The notes beneath the pieces are model-generated. The model did no database searches. It had not been told where the DNA came from and saw nothing but the letters and a program-made list of their open reading frames with translations. Positions 13,488 to 27,039 of a DNA stretch of 64,000 nt are shown one piece after another. A program made the translations under genes and the position numbers. Origin of the DNA: the human T2T-CHM13v2.0 reference genome, Homo sapiens. How positions within the stretch are numbered: the stretch's first letter is position 1; every line of letters starts with the position of its first letter. The stretch lies in assembly GCF_009914755.1 (NCBI RefSeq), contig NC_060929.1. One strand, written 5' to 3'.

Positions 13488-16018
13488 CATCTTATTCCAT
13501 TTGGTGCTGCAATGACAGAATCCTTAAGACTGAATAATTTATAAAAAACAGAAATATATGTCTCACAGTTCTGGAGACTGAGAAGGTGATGATTATGGCA
13601 CTAGCATCTGGTGGGCCTTCTTGCTTGTTACCACGTGGCAGAAGGCAGAAAGGCAAAAGAGAATTGTATCAGTCCTTTCTTATGCTGCTAATAAAGACAT
13701 ACCTAACACTAAATAATTTATAAAGGAAAGAGGTTTAATTGACTCACAGTTTAACATAGCTGAAGAGGCCTCAAGAAACTTACAATCATGGTGGAAGGGG
13801 AAGCAAATATGTCCTTCCTCACATGGTGGCAGCAAAGAGAAATGCTGAGCAGAAGGGTGAAAACCCCTTATAAAACCATCAGATCTCATAATAATTCACT
13901 CACAATCATGACAAAAGCATAAAGGTAACTGCCCCCATTATTCAATTACCTCCCACTGGGTCCCTCCTATGACACGTGTGGATTACGGGATGAGATTTGG
14001 GTCAGGACACAGCCAAACCATATAAAAAATGAACTCACTTCCATAAGCCCTTTTTAAAGCAGCATTAATCCTTTTATGAGGGCAGATCCCTCAGGACTTA
14101 AACACTTCCCTCAAGGCCCTACCTCTCAATACCATTGCACGGGGATCAAGTTGCCAACACATAAATTTGGGGGACATATTCAGATCATACCATTCCACCC
14201 TGGGCCCTCAAATTTCATTTCCTTCTCACATGCAAAATACGTTTATTCCAACCCAGTAGCCCTAAGTCTTAACTCACTCCAGCACCAACTTTAAAGTTTA
14301 AGTCCAGAGTCTCATCTACATCAAATATGTGTGTGAAGTACTTCATACTGAGGCAAAATGCTCTCCAGCTGTGAGCCTATAAAATCAAACAAATTATGTA
14401 CTTTTAAAATATAATGGTGTCTCAGACGTATGATAGACATTCTCATTTCAAGAAAGAGAAATACAAAAGAAAAGAATAACAAGTTTCAAGTAAGTAAAAA
14501 TCCCAATAGGGCAAATGACATTGAATCTCAAGGCTTGAGAATAGTCTCTTTGGACTCCATGTTCTGCCTTCTGGCGCACTAGAAGGCTGGAGTTGGGTTT
14601 CAAGGCCTCAGACAACCCGTGTGTCAGTCCTCACACATTTAAGTCAAAAGCTTATGGTTTTCTCAGGCTTGTGCTGCATACTGGTAGCTCGGCAGTTCTG
14701 GGGTCTTGGGAGGAGCCTTGCTCCCATGGCTGCACTAGGCATTATCCTAGTGAGGACTCTCTGTGGCAGCCCCCACCCCGCATTTCCGCTGGATATTGCT
14801 CTAATGGAGGCTCTCTGTGGTCACTCCAATTCTGCAGCACGTCTCTGCCTGGGCTCCGAGACTGCCTGAGACATCCATTGAAATCTAGCTGGAGGTAGCT
14901 ATGCCTCCATAGCTCTTGCTCTCTGGGTCAGTGATGAGAGGAGCAGGCTTGAAGATCTCCAAAATGACTTTGGGGCTACTCTCCCATTGTCTTGATGAAT
15001 AGCGCCTGACTTCCTTCTATTCACACTAATTTCCTTATCAAACAGTTACTTGGCCATACCCTTGGCTGCTTTTCCTAAAGATGCTTTTTTGTTCTTGACA
15101 TGGCCAGGCTAAGAATTTTCCAAATCTTTACATTCTGCTTCCCTTTTGATTATAAATTCTATCTTTAAATACTTTCTCTCTTTTCACCTTTTACTATAAG
15201 CAATTAAAAGACGCCACACAGCACCCTACATTTTTTGCTACCTGGAGATTTCTTCTGCCAGATATCCTGGTTCATTGTTAAGTTCTGTCTTTCACAAAGT
15301 CTTAGGACAAAAACACAATTCAGTCAAGTTCTTTGCCTCTTCATAGCAAGGATCACCTTTTCTCTAGTTTGTACTACCTTGTTCCTCCTTTCAATCTGAG
15401 ACCTCATTGAAATGGCCTTTACTGTCCATATTTCTACATTCTCTTCATAATCACTTAAGTAATCTCTAAGAAGATACAGGTTTTGGCTTACAGCTCTTCT
15501 CTTCTTTTAAGACTTCACCAGAATTGCCCTTAATGCTCCATTTATGGAAATACAGGCTTCTTCAGCACTCAGTTCAAAACTGTCTCAGCCTCTACTCACT
15601 ACATAGTTTAAATGCTGCTTCCACATTTTTAGATATTGGTTGTAACAAAGCCTCACTATTCTGATTCCAATTTTTGTCTTAGTTTGTTTGGTGTTGCTAT
15701 AACAGAATACTTGAGACTGGGTAATCTATAAAGAACAAAAATTCATTTCTTACAGTTCTTGAGGCTGGGAAGGTGAGGATCATGGCACCAGCATCTGGTG
15801 AGGGCCTTCTTGTGGTGCCCTCACATGAAAGAAGGTGGAAGGCCAAAAGAGAATGAACCCATTCCCACAAGCCCTTTCTATAGCAGCATTAATCCATTCA
15901 TCAGGGTGAAGCCCTCATCACCTAAACACCTCCCAAAAGGCCCTGCCTCTCGACACTGCTGTGCTGGGGATCAAGTTTCCAATGCATCATCTGGAAGACA
16001 CAATCAGACTAAATATCA
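13488..16018 (-). mobile_element. Full MST (MSTC/D-type) MaLR provirus, LTR-internal-LTR
   Basis: Two related LTRs (13488-14192 and 15675-16018) flank ~1.5 kb MST-int (ccttctcacatgcaaaatac..., tgcttccacatttttagatatt); TSD aataa/aatac. Confidence 0.88.
13665..14025 (-). mobile_element. THE1C-like solo LTR nested in the MST LTR
   Basis: tgtatcagtcc..gctgctaataaagacatacc...gagatttgggt..gacacagccaaaccata; TSD agaat/aaaat; the empty site aagagaatgaac is seen in the sister LTR at ~15850. Confidence 0.93.
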
Positions 16019-16099
16019 AATACTGAAAGAAACTATAGTAAATGAAGTCTTAAAGGAAACAAAAAGAAAACAATTAGATGTACAAGAGATTTTACATCA

Positions 16100-17889
16100 G
16101 AAAGAGATTCTATACCTAGAAAATCCTAAAGACTGCCAAAAAGCTCCTAGAATTTATTAACAACTTTAGTAAAGTTTCAAGGTACAAAATCTATGTAAAA
16201 AAATTAGTAGCATTTCTATACACAAACAACATCCAGGCTGAGAGTGAAATCAAGAATACAATTCCACTTACAATAGCCACAAAGAAAATGAAATACCTAG
16301 AAATACAGCCTGGTATTTACCAAGGAGGTAAAATATCTCTACAAGGAGAACTGCAAAACATTGCTGAAAGAAATCAGAGACTACACAAATAAATGGAAAA
16401 ATATTCTATGCTCATATATTAGAAGAATCAATATTGTAAAAATGGCCATACTGCCCAAAGCAATTTACCGACTCAGTGCTATTCCTATCAAACTACCAAT
16501 GTCATTCATCACAGAATTAGAAAAAAAATATCTAAAATTCATATGCAACCAAAAAAGACCCTGAATAGCCAAAGCAATCCTAAACAAAGAGAACAAAGAC
16601 ATCATACTACCTGACTTCAAACTATGGTTTAAAGCCACAGTAAACAAAACAGGTTAGTACTGGTACAAAAACAGACAAATAGACTGATGGAACAGAATGC
16701 AAAACTCAGAAATAAAGTCACACACCTACAACTATCTAATCTTCAACAAGGCCAACAAAAACAAACTATGGGGAAAGGACTCCTTTTTCAATAAATGTTG
16801 CTGGGACAACTGGCTAACCATATGCAGACGACTGAAGCTGGACAATTTCCTTTCACCATATACAAAAATTAACTCAAAATGGATTAAAGCTTTAAATGTA
16901 GGACTTCAAACTATAAAAATAATAGAAGAAAACCTAGGAAATACTCTTCTCAACATTGGCCTTGGCAAGGAATTTTTGGCTGAGTCCCCAAAAGCAATTG
17001 CAAAGAAAACAAAAATAGACAAGAAATAGACAAGTGGGACTTAATTTAACTAAAGAGCTTCTATACAGTGAAAGAAACTATCAACAGAATAAACAGACAA
17101 CCTACAGAATGGAAGAAGATTTTCACAAACTATGCATCCAACAGAATCCTCATATCCAGAATCTACAGAGAACTTAAACAAATCAATGGGCAAAAACCAA
17201 ATAATACCATTAAAAAATGGGCAAAGTACATGAACAGACACTTCTCAAAAGAAGGCATACAAATGACCAACAAACAAAGAAATGCCCAGCATCACTAATT
17301 ATCAGAGAAATGCAAATAAAAGTCTCAATGAGATAACATCTCACACCAGTCAGAATGGCCATTATTAAAAAGTCAAAAACAACAGATGTTGGTAAGGCTA
17401 CGGAGAAAAGGGGAATGCTTATACACTGCTGGTGGGAATGTAAATGCTATTCACAATAGCACAGACATGGAATTAGCCCTGGTACCCATCAATAGTAGAC
17501 TAGATAAAGAAAATGTGGTACATAGAATACTACACAGTCATGAAAAGAATGAAATCATGTCATCTTTAGCAATATGGATGGAATTGGAAGGCATAATCCT
17601 AAGCAAATTAACACAGGAAAAGAAAACCAAATACTGCATGTTCTCACTTATAAGTTGGAGCTAAGCATTGAGCACACATGGACACAAATATTAGAACAGT
17701 AGACACTGCAGACTACCAGAGGATGAAGGTAGGGTGGGTTAAAAAACTACCTATCTGGAACTATGCTCACTACCAGGGTGACAGGATCCATACGGCGAAC
17801 CTCAGCATGACACAATATTCCCATGTATTAATAACAAATCTGCACATGTACTCCTGTATCTAAAGTAAAAGTTAAAATTTTCAAAAAAA
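16100..17889 (+). mobile_element. 5'-truncated L1 (L1PA16/17 or L1PB-like): ORF2 C-terminal part and 3' UTR
   Basis: ORF-track peptides [58 protein letters not shown] and [17 protein letters not shown] are L1 ORF2; many stops; internal deletion near 17445; A tail. Confidence 0.95.
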
Positions 17890-18780
17890 GAGACAAAGGA
17901 GATATCTACTAAAGTGTGCTAGGAGAAAATAACTGTCAATCTAGAGCTCTATTCCCAGATGAACAATCATTTAAAAGTTGAGAAACAAAACATGTTGATG
18001 GAAGGAAAGATTGAGCTTATTCTTTGAGACTCTTACTAAAAGAATCAGAGGAAGATATATTCTGTTTAAAAATAAATTAAACCTCTAATAAGGTAAGCTA
18101 CCAAAAAATAGCAGTGGGAAAATAAAGTAATACAGATTAGGTAAGTCTAAATTAAAACTAATGGTACAAACAATTAATGTAAAAGATTTAAAAAAAACAA
18201 GTTGGAAGTAAAGTACTAGAAAAATATTATATGGATTGTAGGAGAAAAAATAGAAATAATTACTCTAACATTTTTGTATCATTTGGGAGGAGGGTAAATA
18301 TACTTATTAACTTGAAACTTTGATTAAGTGCATATGCCAAATATTTCAGAGAATCATTGAGGTAGTAGACTGTGCAATTTCCCAAAGTGTAGAGGATGAG
18401 AAAAGAAAACTTTATTCAACATGAAACAAGAAAGGAGGAAGGTATAAAGCAACAAAAAGGTGATCATAAGAAGAAAACGTGATAGTAGGAATATATCCAA
18501 GCATATCAGTAAGCATATTTCATAATAAACACAAACAGTTTTAACTGACAAACCCACAAACCTATTAGTACATTTTAACATTAGAAACTCTAACTCTTAG
18601 AAATTAGAGAGAATGGCACTCAAAAAATTAATATAGACACTACAATTTAGAAATTTGATCTAATGGTTAATATGGTTCATTCTTTTGAAAACTTGCATCC
18701 AACAATTAGACATTAAGCTTTTTTTTTCCAAGCACACAAAGAATACTTATAAAACCTGATCATTCACATAGATTATTTTG
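17890..18780 (+). mobile_element. Ancient HAL1/L1M fragments
   Basis: aaagtgtgctaggagaaaataactgtcaatctagagctctattcccag resembles the ORF1 C-terminal region; A-rich. Confidence 0.5.
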
Positions 18781-18990
18781 GAAAAGTATGGCAAGCACTG
18801 CCTCTTGCCTGCCCAATGCAGTGTCTGTCTCAATTCCTTATTAGATGAGCCTGGTTTTTCTGTTCAGGAGATAAAAAGCGTTTCCTTGGTCTGTAGCAAG
18901 GGATGCCTCTCCCCAACTCCAGAGAGTGACTAATGATCAGCTCCAACTATTTTATACCTACACATTGTTGGCGTATAGGTATGCACATTA

Positions 18991-19165
18991 TTTTTTTTCT
19001 TTTCTTTTTCTTTATTTCAAACACCGTCTTGCTCTGTCACCCAGCCTGGAATGCAGTGGCACAATCGTAGCTCGCTGTAGCCTCAAAGTCCTGGGCTGAA
19101 GTGATCCTCCTGCCTCAGCCTCCCCAGTCACTGGGACTACAGGTATACACCACCATGCCTGGTTA

Positions 19166-19198
<33 letters not shown>

Positions 19199-19316
19199 TG
19201 TAAAAATGAAGTCTCACTATGCTGCCCAGGGTGGTCTCAAACTCCTAAGCTCAAGCGATCCTCTGCCTCAGCCTCCCAAAGTGCTGGGATTACAGTTGTG
19301 AGCGACCACACTCAGT
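18991..19316 (-). mobile_element. AluJ with (ATT)n-expanded linker
   Basis: J diagnostics atcgtagctcgctgtagcctcaa, tgatcctcctgcc, ctcaagcgatcc; (att)n at ~19166-19198. Confidence 0.93.
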
Positions 19317-19374
19317 TCTGATATTCTTATATTAATCCAACAATGATATTAAAAAAAAAAAACAAAAAACCTCT

Positions 19375-20820
19375 CTAGTTTTCTATGTGGAGAATCATGT
19401 GGTATGCAAATTAGTGTTTTGTTTCTTTTCAGTTCTTATGTATCTTCTTTGTTTCTGATGCACAACTATCCCTATAATACCTACTACCATATGAATCTAT
19501 ATAGATGTACCTACAGATGAACTCATACACTGATAGCAAACATTATTACTTTATTCCTAATTTTCAAGGGAAGATTTTTAATACGTCACCAAGAAGAACA
19601 ATGTTTATAATAGGTTTTTAGTGGATTGCCTTTAATAGAATAAGGAAGTTTCTTGCTATTCTTGGTCTGCTATGAGTTTTGTCTATTGTCATGAGTGATG
19701 ATTGAATGCTAATACTTCTTCTCCTGAATCTATTGAAGCAATCATAAGATTTTTTCCTTTAATCTACTATTGTGCTAATTAACATAAATCATTTTAGTAT
19801 TTCAACTTAGAAATCTACACAAATAATTTGGAAAAATGGGATAAATCCGACTTGGTCAAGATACATTTGTTTATGCATTCATCTATTAATTTCACATTTC
19901 GATATGTATGTATATGAACATATATGCATATGTACATAGAATAAACACTCCTGCATTTAATTTATTATTTTTTCAGGATTTAAAAATCTATGTTCATGAG
20001 TGAGATTGATTTATAAATTTTCCTGACCCATATTTTGTCTGTTTTTTATACCAAAATCTTATTGAACTCATAAAAATTTAATGTTCTAATCTTCATATGC
20101 TCTCTAATTTTTGCACATCGTTTCTCAGATCTGAGAGACATTTATGAAAATCCTGTCAACTTTTCCTTTCAATTTTGCCAACTTTTACTTTATATATTTT
20201 AATGCTATGCTATTAGATGTCTAGAATTCAGAATTGTTAGATCTTTCTGTTGAAATACATATTTCAGTATTATGAAGTAATCCCTTTAATCTCTAAACAC
20301 ACTTTGCCTTAAAGTTTATTTTGTCTGAAAATACTATTGATTTATAACTGACACCAGCTTTTTTTATTTAACATTTTTCCATCATATATTTTGCATCCTA
20401 AAATCCAGCCTGCCAATCATTGTTAACTGTCGAAATTAGAACATTTGCATTTATTACAATCACTGATGTGATTGAAATTATTTCTACGATTTTATTCTGT
20501 ATTTTAATTCTTTTAGCTTTTTCCCATTTACCCCCTGCCTTTCTCTTCAAATATTACAATTCCTGCAATTCCCTCTTATAGTTTCCTGATATATGTATGT
20601 TAGATCTTTTAGTTTTCTCCATGTTCCTGAACTTCCCTTTCAGAATAGATTGGAGAAGGCACAATGTTGTTAAATTCTTTGTCTTCTAGTGGTGTGTTTT
20701 TCATAATTCCTCCAGATCCTATCTTCTTGCAAGCTCAGCCATGCATTTACAAGACTGTTTGTTGTATTTTATCCAATATTTCTAGGCGTTTGAAGTGGGG
20801 AGGTTTCCAGGAATAGTTTG
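19375..20820 (-). mobile_element. Old L1M/L1ME ORF2 fragments
   Basis: T-rich strand with antisense L1 motifs (aaggaagtttcttgctattct, atctatgttcatgagtgagattg, tttgccttaaagtttattttgtctga). Confidence 0.7.
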
Positions 20821-21014
20821 CCGTGTTCCCAGGCTGCAAGTTGCATTAACAAGAGATCCACACTCCAGTCTCAGCTTCTTCCCTATAGAGCTATGGAATT
20901 ATAGTCAAGTCACTTAGCCTCTCTTAGCTTGTTCATCTTCAAGGTTATCAAGCTGAGGAAGGCAACTTGGTGCAGCTCGGAGCTTTTAAAACATATGATC
21001 AGATGACTTATCTT

Positions 21015-21308
21015 CTTTTTTTTTTTTTTTTTTTTTTTCCGAGATGGAGTCTCGCTCTGTCTCCAGGCTGGAGAGCAGTGGCGTGATCTCCGCTCACCGT
21101 AACGTTCGGACTCTCTGGTTCAAGTGATTCTCCTACCTCAGCCTCCCGAATAGCTGGGATTACATGCATGCGCCATCACACCCAGCTAATTTTTGTATTT
21201 TTAGTAGAAATGGGATTTCACTATGTTGGCCAGGATGGTCTCAATCTCCTGACCTCGTGATCCGCCTGCCGCGGCCTCCCAAAGTGCTGGGATTACAGGC
21301 GTGAGTCA
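21015..21308 (-). mobile_element. AluSc-like
   Basis: polyT; ggccaggatggtctcaatctcctgacctcgtgatcc diagnostic; about 13 nt missing at the 5' end. Confidence 0.95.
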
Positions 21309-22999
21309 ACAGATCACTCTGCAGTATAACATTGAATGTCTTCTTTGTTTTGTTTTCCAAGGTTTTATTAAATGCTAAAAATAATCACTCACTCTCTTTT
21401 AGGGTCTAGAGGTGACTGCACATTTGGGAGTCACGAAACAGTCTGTCCCTAAAGCTGTGCCAAGTTATGTGAATTTGACCAAGTCACTTAAAGCCTGTTT
21501 ACCTTTACTTCCTTTCCTCTGTTGTAGAAGTTATTGCTTTAAAAAATGCACATAAATAGCACGGGACTAAATCTTGGCAATCTAATCCACTTGTGAAAAG
21601 GAAGTGAGGACTTTAAAGGGAAAGAAATTAGGAAGAAAACAGGAGTTCCTATCTTCCTATTATTACTGGCAGCCCCTTCTTTCAATTTCTCTTGTTGAAT
21701 TTTAGATAAAAGTAAAGGGAAAGAGAGAAAGCATAGCATTTTAGCTCTATCCTTGACCGTGAGTTATTTATGAACAGGAAATATCAAGATTCTAATGATG
21801 ACAGGAGCACCTTTAGCAATTCTACGGGCAGTGCCAGAACATTGTTGACAAGGTGGGCCCCAGTAGAATCAACCTGAAAGTTGGTTCATCACATTTTAAT
21901 TTAAAAGGTTGAGGTAGAAGAATGGCCAGGGAGCATCCCTTTCACTCTTGCTCAGAAGAGCTTTGTCTTAATTATTGTGGCCCCATCCTATTCTAAATGA
22001 TGTCCTTAATAACTGCCCTCCTACTCTCCCGTTGTTTCCCCGTCACATATAAACAGTGACGTGGTCTCAGCTTCAGATTGATCCCATAGGGACCACTGGA
22101 GCCTGAGTTGTTCACAGAGTTATTCCACCTTGAGGTGTGGGGGTTGGCTTTAAGAAAACCTGTGTCAGTCACTTGTTGGCTGAAAACTGCTCCTAGGGGC
22201 AGGGGCTATAACCTCCCATGATGTGGCCGCTGGTTGAGGCACTTCCCGAGAGAAGAGGGTAGCTGCAAGCTTTTATGAAGTACTCACCATACCTAGAGTG
22301 AAAGTAGGGAAATGTAATAGCTAGTAATGAAGACCTAGATGGGGACATACAGAATTCACTACAGTTTCCAGATTTCATATTCCTGTTGCAAACTCTGCAC
22401 ATTAACCCTGCCTACATGGTGATCGTGGCCCTGTGAATGATATTAAAAGGAACAATTAGGCTTTCCAACTCTCACATTTGCCCTAGAGTTTACTGTCAAC
22501 TTTTCAATAGTCAATACCCTCTTCATAGTATGGAAACATGTATTTAGTTTAGAGGGAGTGGATAGAGAAAAGAGGAAGATGTTTCTAAAGACTCCTCCGA
22601 AAACTGCAGTTCCACCACAGTATTTTGCTGTCTTATTTTAAAGATCATATTTTGAAACTCATAGAAAAAGCCAGAGCTAATTTCAGACTTTTTATGCCTT
22701 GCAAAGGGCAGAATAGACTTTATAAGGAAAATATATTTGTATCAGGATACACACATACCCAATAAATTCCATTAAGTACAGCAAGTTCTTTATCATCTGG
22801 GTTTAACCATATTGAACTGCCATATAAATTTAATATGCAACAAGGTAATGTTTGGCACAAATACTAGAGCCATAAAATATGTCTCACAGTACTAAGACTA
22901 GATGGAGGGCAAATTTTAGCTACGGTCTTAGGAAACTAACAACAGACATATATGTATCAAAGTGGCAGAACCTCAGGTCCTGGTGAAAAATAATAATTC

Positions 23000-23420
23000 T
23001 TCTTAGCAGTATAGATGGGAGAGATTCAGATTTAAAAACACTTTTAAGTGCAATTTGGGGGAAATGTCTTTTTGCTTGTTGCTGGTGGGTGCACTAATTT
23101 TCTCTAAGATATTTGAGGAACTGGTAACTTTAGTTACCTGTGAGAGGCAAACTTTGTAGCTGAGAAAAGTGAGCGATACAAAGACTTTCAGGTTTTACTT
23201 CCTTTTTTTGCTTTTTGAATTTTATTATTTATTTATTTATTTTAGCAGAGATGGTGTTTCACCATGTTGCCCATGCTGATCTTGAACTCATAAGCTCAAA
23301 CTGATCCACCTGCTTTGGCCTCTCAAAGTGCTGGGATTACAGGTCTGAGCCACTGCACCCAGCCTGCTTTTTGAATTTTAAAGCATGAGAATATATTATA
23401 TATTCAATAGTTATTAAGAG
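23000..23420 (+). mobile_element. L1ME 3' end fragment, host of the FLAM
   Basis: gaggaactggtaactttagttacctgtgagagg...ctttttgaattt..catgagaatatattatatattcaa. Confidence 0.5.
23224..23364 (-). mobile_element. FLAM_C / free left Alu monomer
   Basis: Single monomer with exact 15-bp TSD tgctttttgaatttt (23209-23223 and 23365-23379). Confidence 0.9.
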
Positions 23421-23544
23421 TGTTTTGTCCTTTTGAAATTCCCCGAAATATCTGAATTTTGGTTTGGGGGAGCATGCTTAAAATGGTTTATATTGATATA
23501 GGTAGAGGTTAGAATAAACTTTTATTGAGGAATAAGTATAATGA

Positions 23545-23780
23545 TATCATAATTCATCAGTTGCTTATTACGAGGTAGCTATTTTGCTAAGAGATTTAGG
23601 TACTTTCTTATTTAATCCTCACCACAAAATATGGAGTATGCGATTATATTTTCCCCATTGTACAAATAAGGGAATTAATGTTTATTATGGATAAGCAGCT
23701 TATCTGAGATTTCATAGCTAGTAAGTAACTGGTATAAAATGTTGCTGTCACCCAGACAGTCTAACTATAGGTCCTTGAAG
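23545..23780 (-). mobile_element. MIR
   Basis: ttatttaatcctcaccac...ccccattgtacaaataagggaa...catagctagtaagt. Confidence 0.7.
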
Positions 23781-24539
23781 CTATAACCAAGTTAGTAGAC
23801 ATCTCCCAATCTGAGCCCTCCTTTTCTGTAACATTCATTGGTAGGTGCAGGTTAATGGTTTGGTAATCATTCATTGCCCTTCAAATTAGCGTTAGGAAAA
23901 TTTACCTCGGTCACTGTCATCCTGCTTGGATGGGTCTAAATCAGACCTGAAGAAAGCAGGCCTCCACGGGATGCTCGCCAGGTTAACCCTTAGGCCAAAG
24001 GATGGACTAATGTTGAGGGACAGTCTCTTTCCCCATGTTTTGTGTTTCATGTTTTCCCTAAAATTATTTGATCTACAGACCTCAAAGTCACCTAACCAAT
24101 AACATTTAAGTTTCTAACAGGCCATTGGGATTGGTAAGACAGATGGTATAAAACAATCATCACTTGACCTAGTTCATCTCATTATTGTATATTTTGCATA
24201 AACTCATCTATGTTATGACTTATTTTCATAAATATATGAATATATAGCCAGTGTTAAGCCATGGTAATTACAAGCGAACAAGGGACTTCCCAGACAGAAT
24301 TGACCTGTGTGTTATTCTGTTCTAATTCTGAAGTCAGGAATTACTCTACCAGACCCATCCATTGCTAAAAACATTCTGGTCTTGTGTCTTGCCCATTCCA
24401 GGTGAGAAGAACCTGCTTAGTCCTACCTGTGGATTCAACCACAGACCCTGGCCACAAACATAGTGTCCTGGAAGAAAATTTATTGAACCTGTTTATCTCA
24501 TTTCCTCCTGAAATATGTTAGACATAGTAATAAGAAGAC

Positions 24540-24800
24540 CTTTGGAGTATTCTAGGCAAAGTATGGTAGAATCGAATATAGGACAATGGCAATAGGGAGG
24601 AAGAAGGAAGAGGATGAATTGTGGATGTTTCAAGGGTGAAATCTATTGGACCTGAATAATGATAGGATGAGAAGCCTGAGTAAGGAAAAAAAAAAAAGTC
24701 AAAAAAAAAAAAAAAAAAAAGACTACCAGATTTCCCAGTAAGGTAATGAAGGAGATAATTTGTGCCATCTATGGAGGCACTGAGAAAGAAGCTGAGGTTT
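24540..24800 (-). mobile_element. L2 fragment with expanded poly-A runs
   Basis: Purine-rich L2-like motifs (agggtgaaatctattggac, gactaccagatttc). Confidence 0.45.
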
Positions 24801-24867
24801 TTGGCTGTTGATTTTGGCTTTCATTTGGTTTCACTTATGTTTGGTTGCTTTTTATTTTGGTGAGTTA

Positions 24868-24937
24868 TTATGTTGGTGCAAAAGTGAGTGCATTAAAGGT
24901 AATGGCAAAAACCACAATTACATTTGTACCAACCTAA
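24868..24937. mobile_element. MADE1 (Hsmar1-derived MITE) with left-arm deletion
   Basis: TA|ttatgttggtgcaaaagt...aatggcaaaaaccacaattacatttgtaccaacctaa|TA; both TIR ends and TA TSD present. Confidence 0.9.
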
Positions 24938-25259
24938 TAGACGGTGGTTAGAGTGAGATGACTGACTTCATTTCAACTACAACAAGCACTAACTAACCAA
25001 CTTCTCATTTCCTTCTCTTTGGTTTCTAGTCAACACTTTGTGGTTCTCTAAGGAACACAAAGAGAGACCCCAAAGCACTCACAAGACAGAAGTCCGGAAG
25101 TTCCTACATCCAAAAAGTTTCCTAAGGCCAGATGTTACCAACTGGCAACCATCAGACTGACTCTAGCCTTCACAGCATTAATACCTTTCATATACCTTTG
25201 AAATTATTTGCCAAGGTTTAAAAGTAGAGACGTTTTATTTTAAAATATAGATTTTTATT

Positions 25260-26760
25260 TTCTATGTTTGAGAAATAAGCACAGATTCCCACCAGGCATT
25301 ATCAGTAGGAGCTGACCCTTCACACAGGGAATCTGCCCTTCGTTTTACCACTGCCTCCTCCATTCAGTTTCGTTTTTGAATAGTGCCTGCCTGCCTTCCC
25401 TAGGCATGCTATTTTAAATATCCGGCCTTAGGCCAAAAGCCTCAATAAGCTTCATAACCCCTTCCCCACTCTTTAAATGTTATCCCTCAGCTCCCCCTAG
25501 CCCAGGTTTGTGATTACCCCTAAGGACCATCCAAAGTAAAGGAGGAGAAATATTTTCTTCTTAATTACAGGGTGGACATTATTTTTTCTCTAACCACTGG
25601 ATTCTGGGTAGGTGCCAATACTGTTTCACATTTCCATGGTGGCCCCAAATTCTCTCTCCACCTGTAGCCATTATTAGGCCTTTAGTTAACACTGTTTACC
25701 CCAAAGGAGACTTAATAGAGAGAGAAAATATAAAATGGGTACAGCTCAGGTGTTACATGCCTGGGGTCTCTGGATTTGGGCTAAACCTCATCTGATGAGT
25801 CCTCTTATAACCTGCTGTTTCCTGATGTTGAATTCCTAGACACCTAGGCCTAATCTGCCAGGTTAGACACCTAAATCCAACCATCCATAACAAACACTTG
25901 ATTCCAAACACAGTATTTGCTCTTGGTAACTGTTACCTCTCAGTGCCCTCCTGCCCCATTCAAAACACCGGACATTAAGCCAACAGCATATCTCAGTGAG
26001 TCTAGCAGAAAATATGGGTATGAGTTGTAGCAGAATTATATATGGTTGAGGGAGAGCTTCCAGTGAAAAACTCTGTTATAGTTAGTTCTTCTTACTGCTG
26101 GAAATCTGCCTAATCTCTTGGGTGGCTTGAGGCAGAAAACATATTCAGAATCACTGGTGTATATGATTCTTGTTTTAGTCCATTCTTGCTGCTATAACAA
26201 AATACCACAGACTGAGTAATTTATGAACAGTAGAAATTTATTTCTCGCAGTTCTGGAGGGTGGGAAGTCCAAGATCACAGCACCAGCAGATTTTGTGTCT
26301 GGTGAGGGCCTTTTCCATAAATGGCATTTTCTCATGGTGTTCTCAAATGGTAGAGAAAACCAAAGGTACAATTGCTGTGTTCTCACCTGGCAGATGGGAT
26401 GGAAGGGCAGACTGCTCTTTGAAGCCTCTTTTATAAGGATAGTAATCTCATTCATGAGAGTGGAGTGCTCATGGCCTAATCACATCCCAAAGATTCTACC
26501 TCTTAATACCATTACCTTGAGATTTAAGGTCTAACATGAATCTTGGAGGGACACAAACCCTCCATAGCAGTCCCCTTAAGTAACTCTACCTTCTCCCAAT
26601 ATCCACTTACTTGTGGACTAAAGCCGTCCCTCATGAGTTTCCTATCATGCCATTACTTCCTGGTTCCTAGGTCCAATACCTACTTCTTTCTCACTGGTAG
26701 CCCTGGAAAGCTGGCCACTACCCTGTCTTCTAATCACATTTTGACTTCAAGTGTGTGAGG
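25260..26760. mobile_element. Possible ancient LTR-element internal remnant, split by the MST LTR
   Basis: C-rich composition distinct from the flanks and continuing on both sides of the LTR; family not recognised. Confidence 0.25.
26171..26569 (-). mobile_element. MSTD-like MaLR solo LTR
   Basis: tgttttagtccattcttgctgctataacaaaataccacagactgagtaatttat...ggagggacacaaac..ccatagca. Confidence 0.88.
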
Positions 26761-26835
26761 ATGCATAGCCAGTTATAAATCTGAGAAAACTACAATTGGA
26801 TCTGAAAAACTAATTTTATCATGTGAAAGTTTTCT

Positions 26836-27030
26836 TATTCATTCATTCAACATGAATTGAGCATCTAATATATGCCATGTGATAGAAATGCAGAAATGAG
26901 TAAGACATAATAATTGACCTAGTAGAACTGGCAAAATGTATGAATTCTGTAATTCAACATGGTAAATGCTCTAATAGAGGCAGATCACAGCTTTATGGTA
27001 TATTAGAAGGCATAAACAAGGGGCATCTGA
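26836..27030 (-). mobile_element. L2 3' end
   Basis: attcattcattcaaca...ttgagcatcta..atgcca. Confidence 0.7.
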
Positions 27031-27039
27031 CTTATAGAA

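Noticed and set aside
16361-17863. L1 ORF2 peptides as CDS
   Set aside because: Fragmented, 5'-truncated retrotransposon relic
24868-24937. miR-548 family gene
   Set aside because: The left arm has a ~10-bp deletion that disrupts the hairpin; no expression evidence, so called only MADE1
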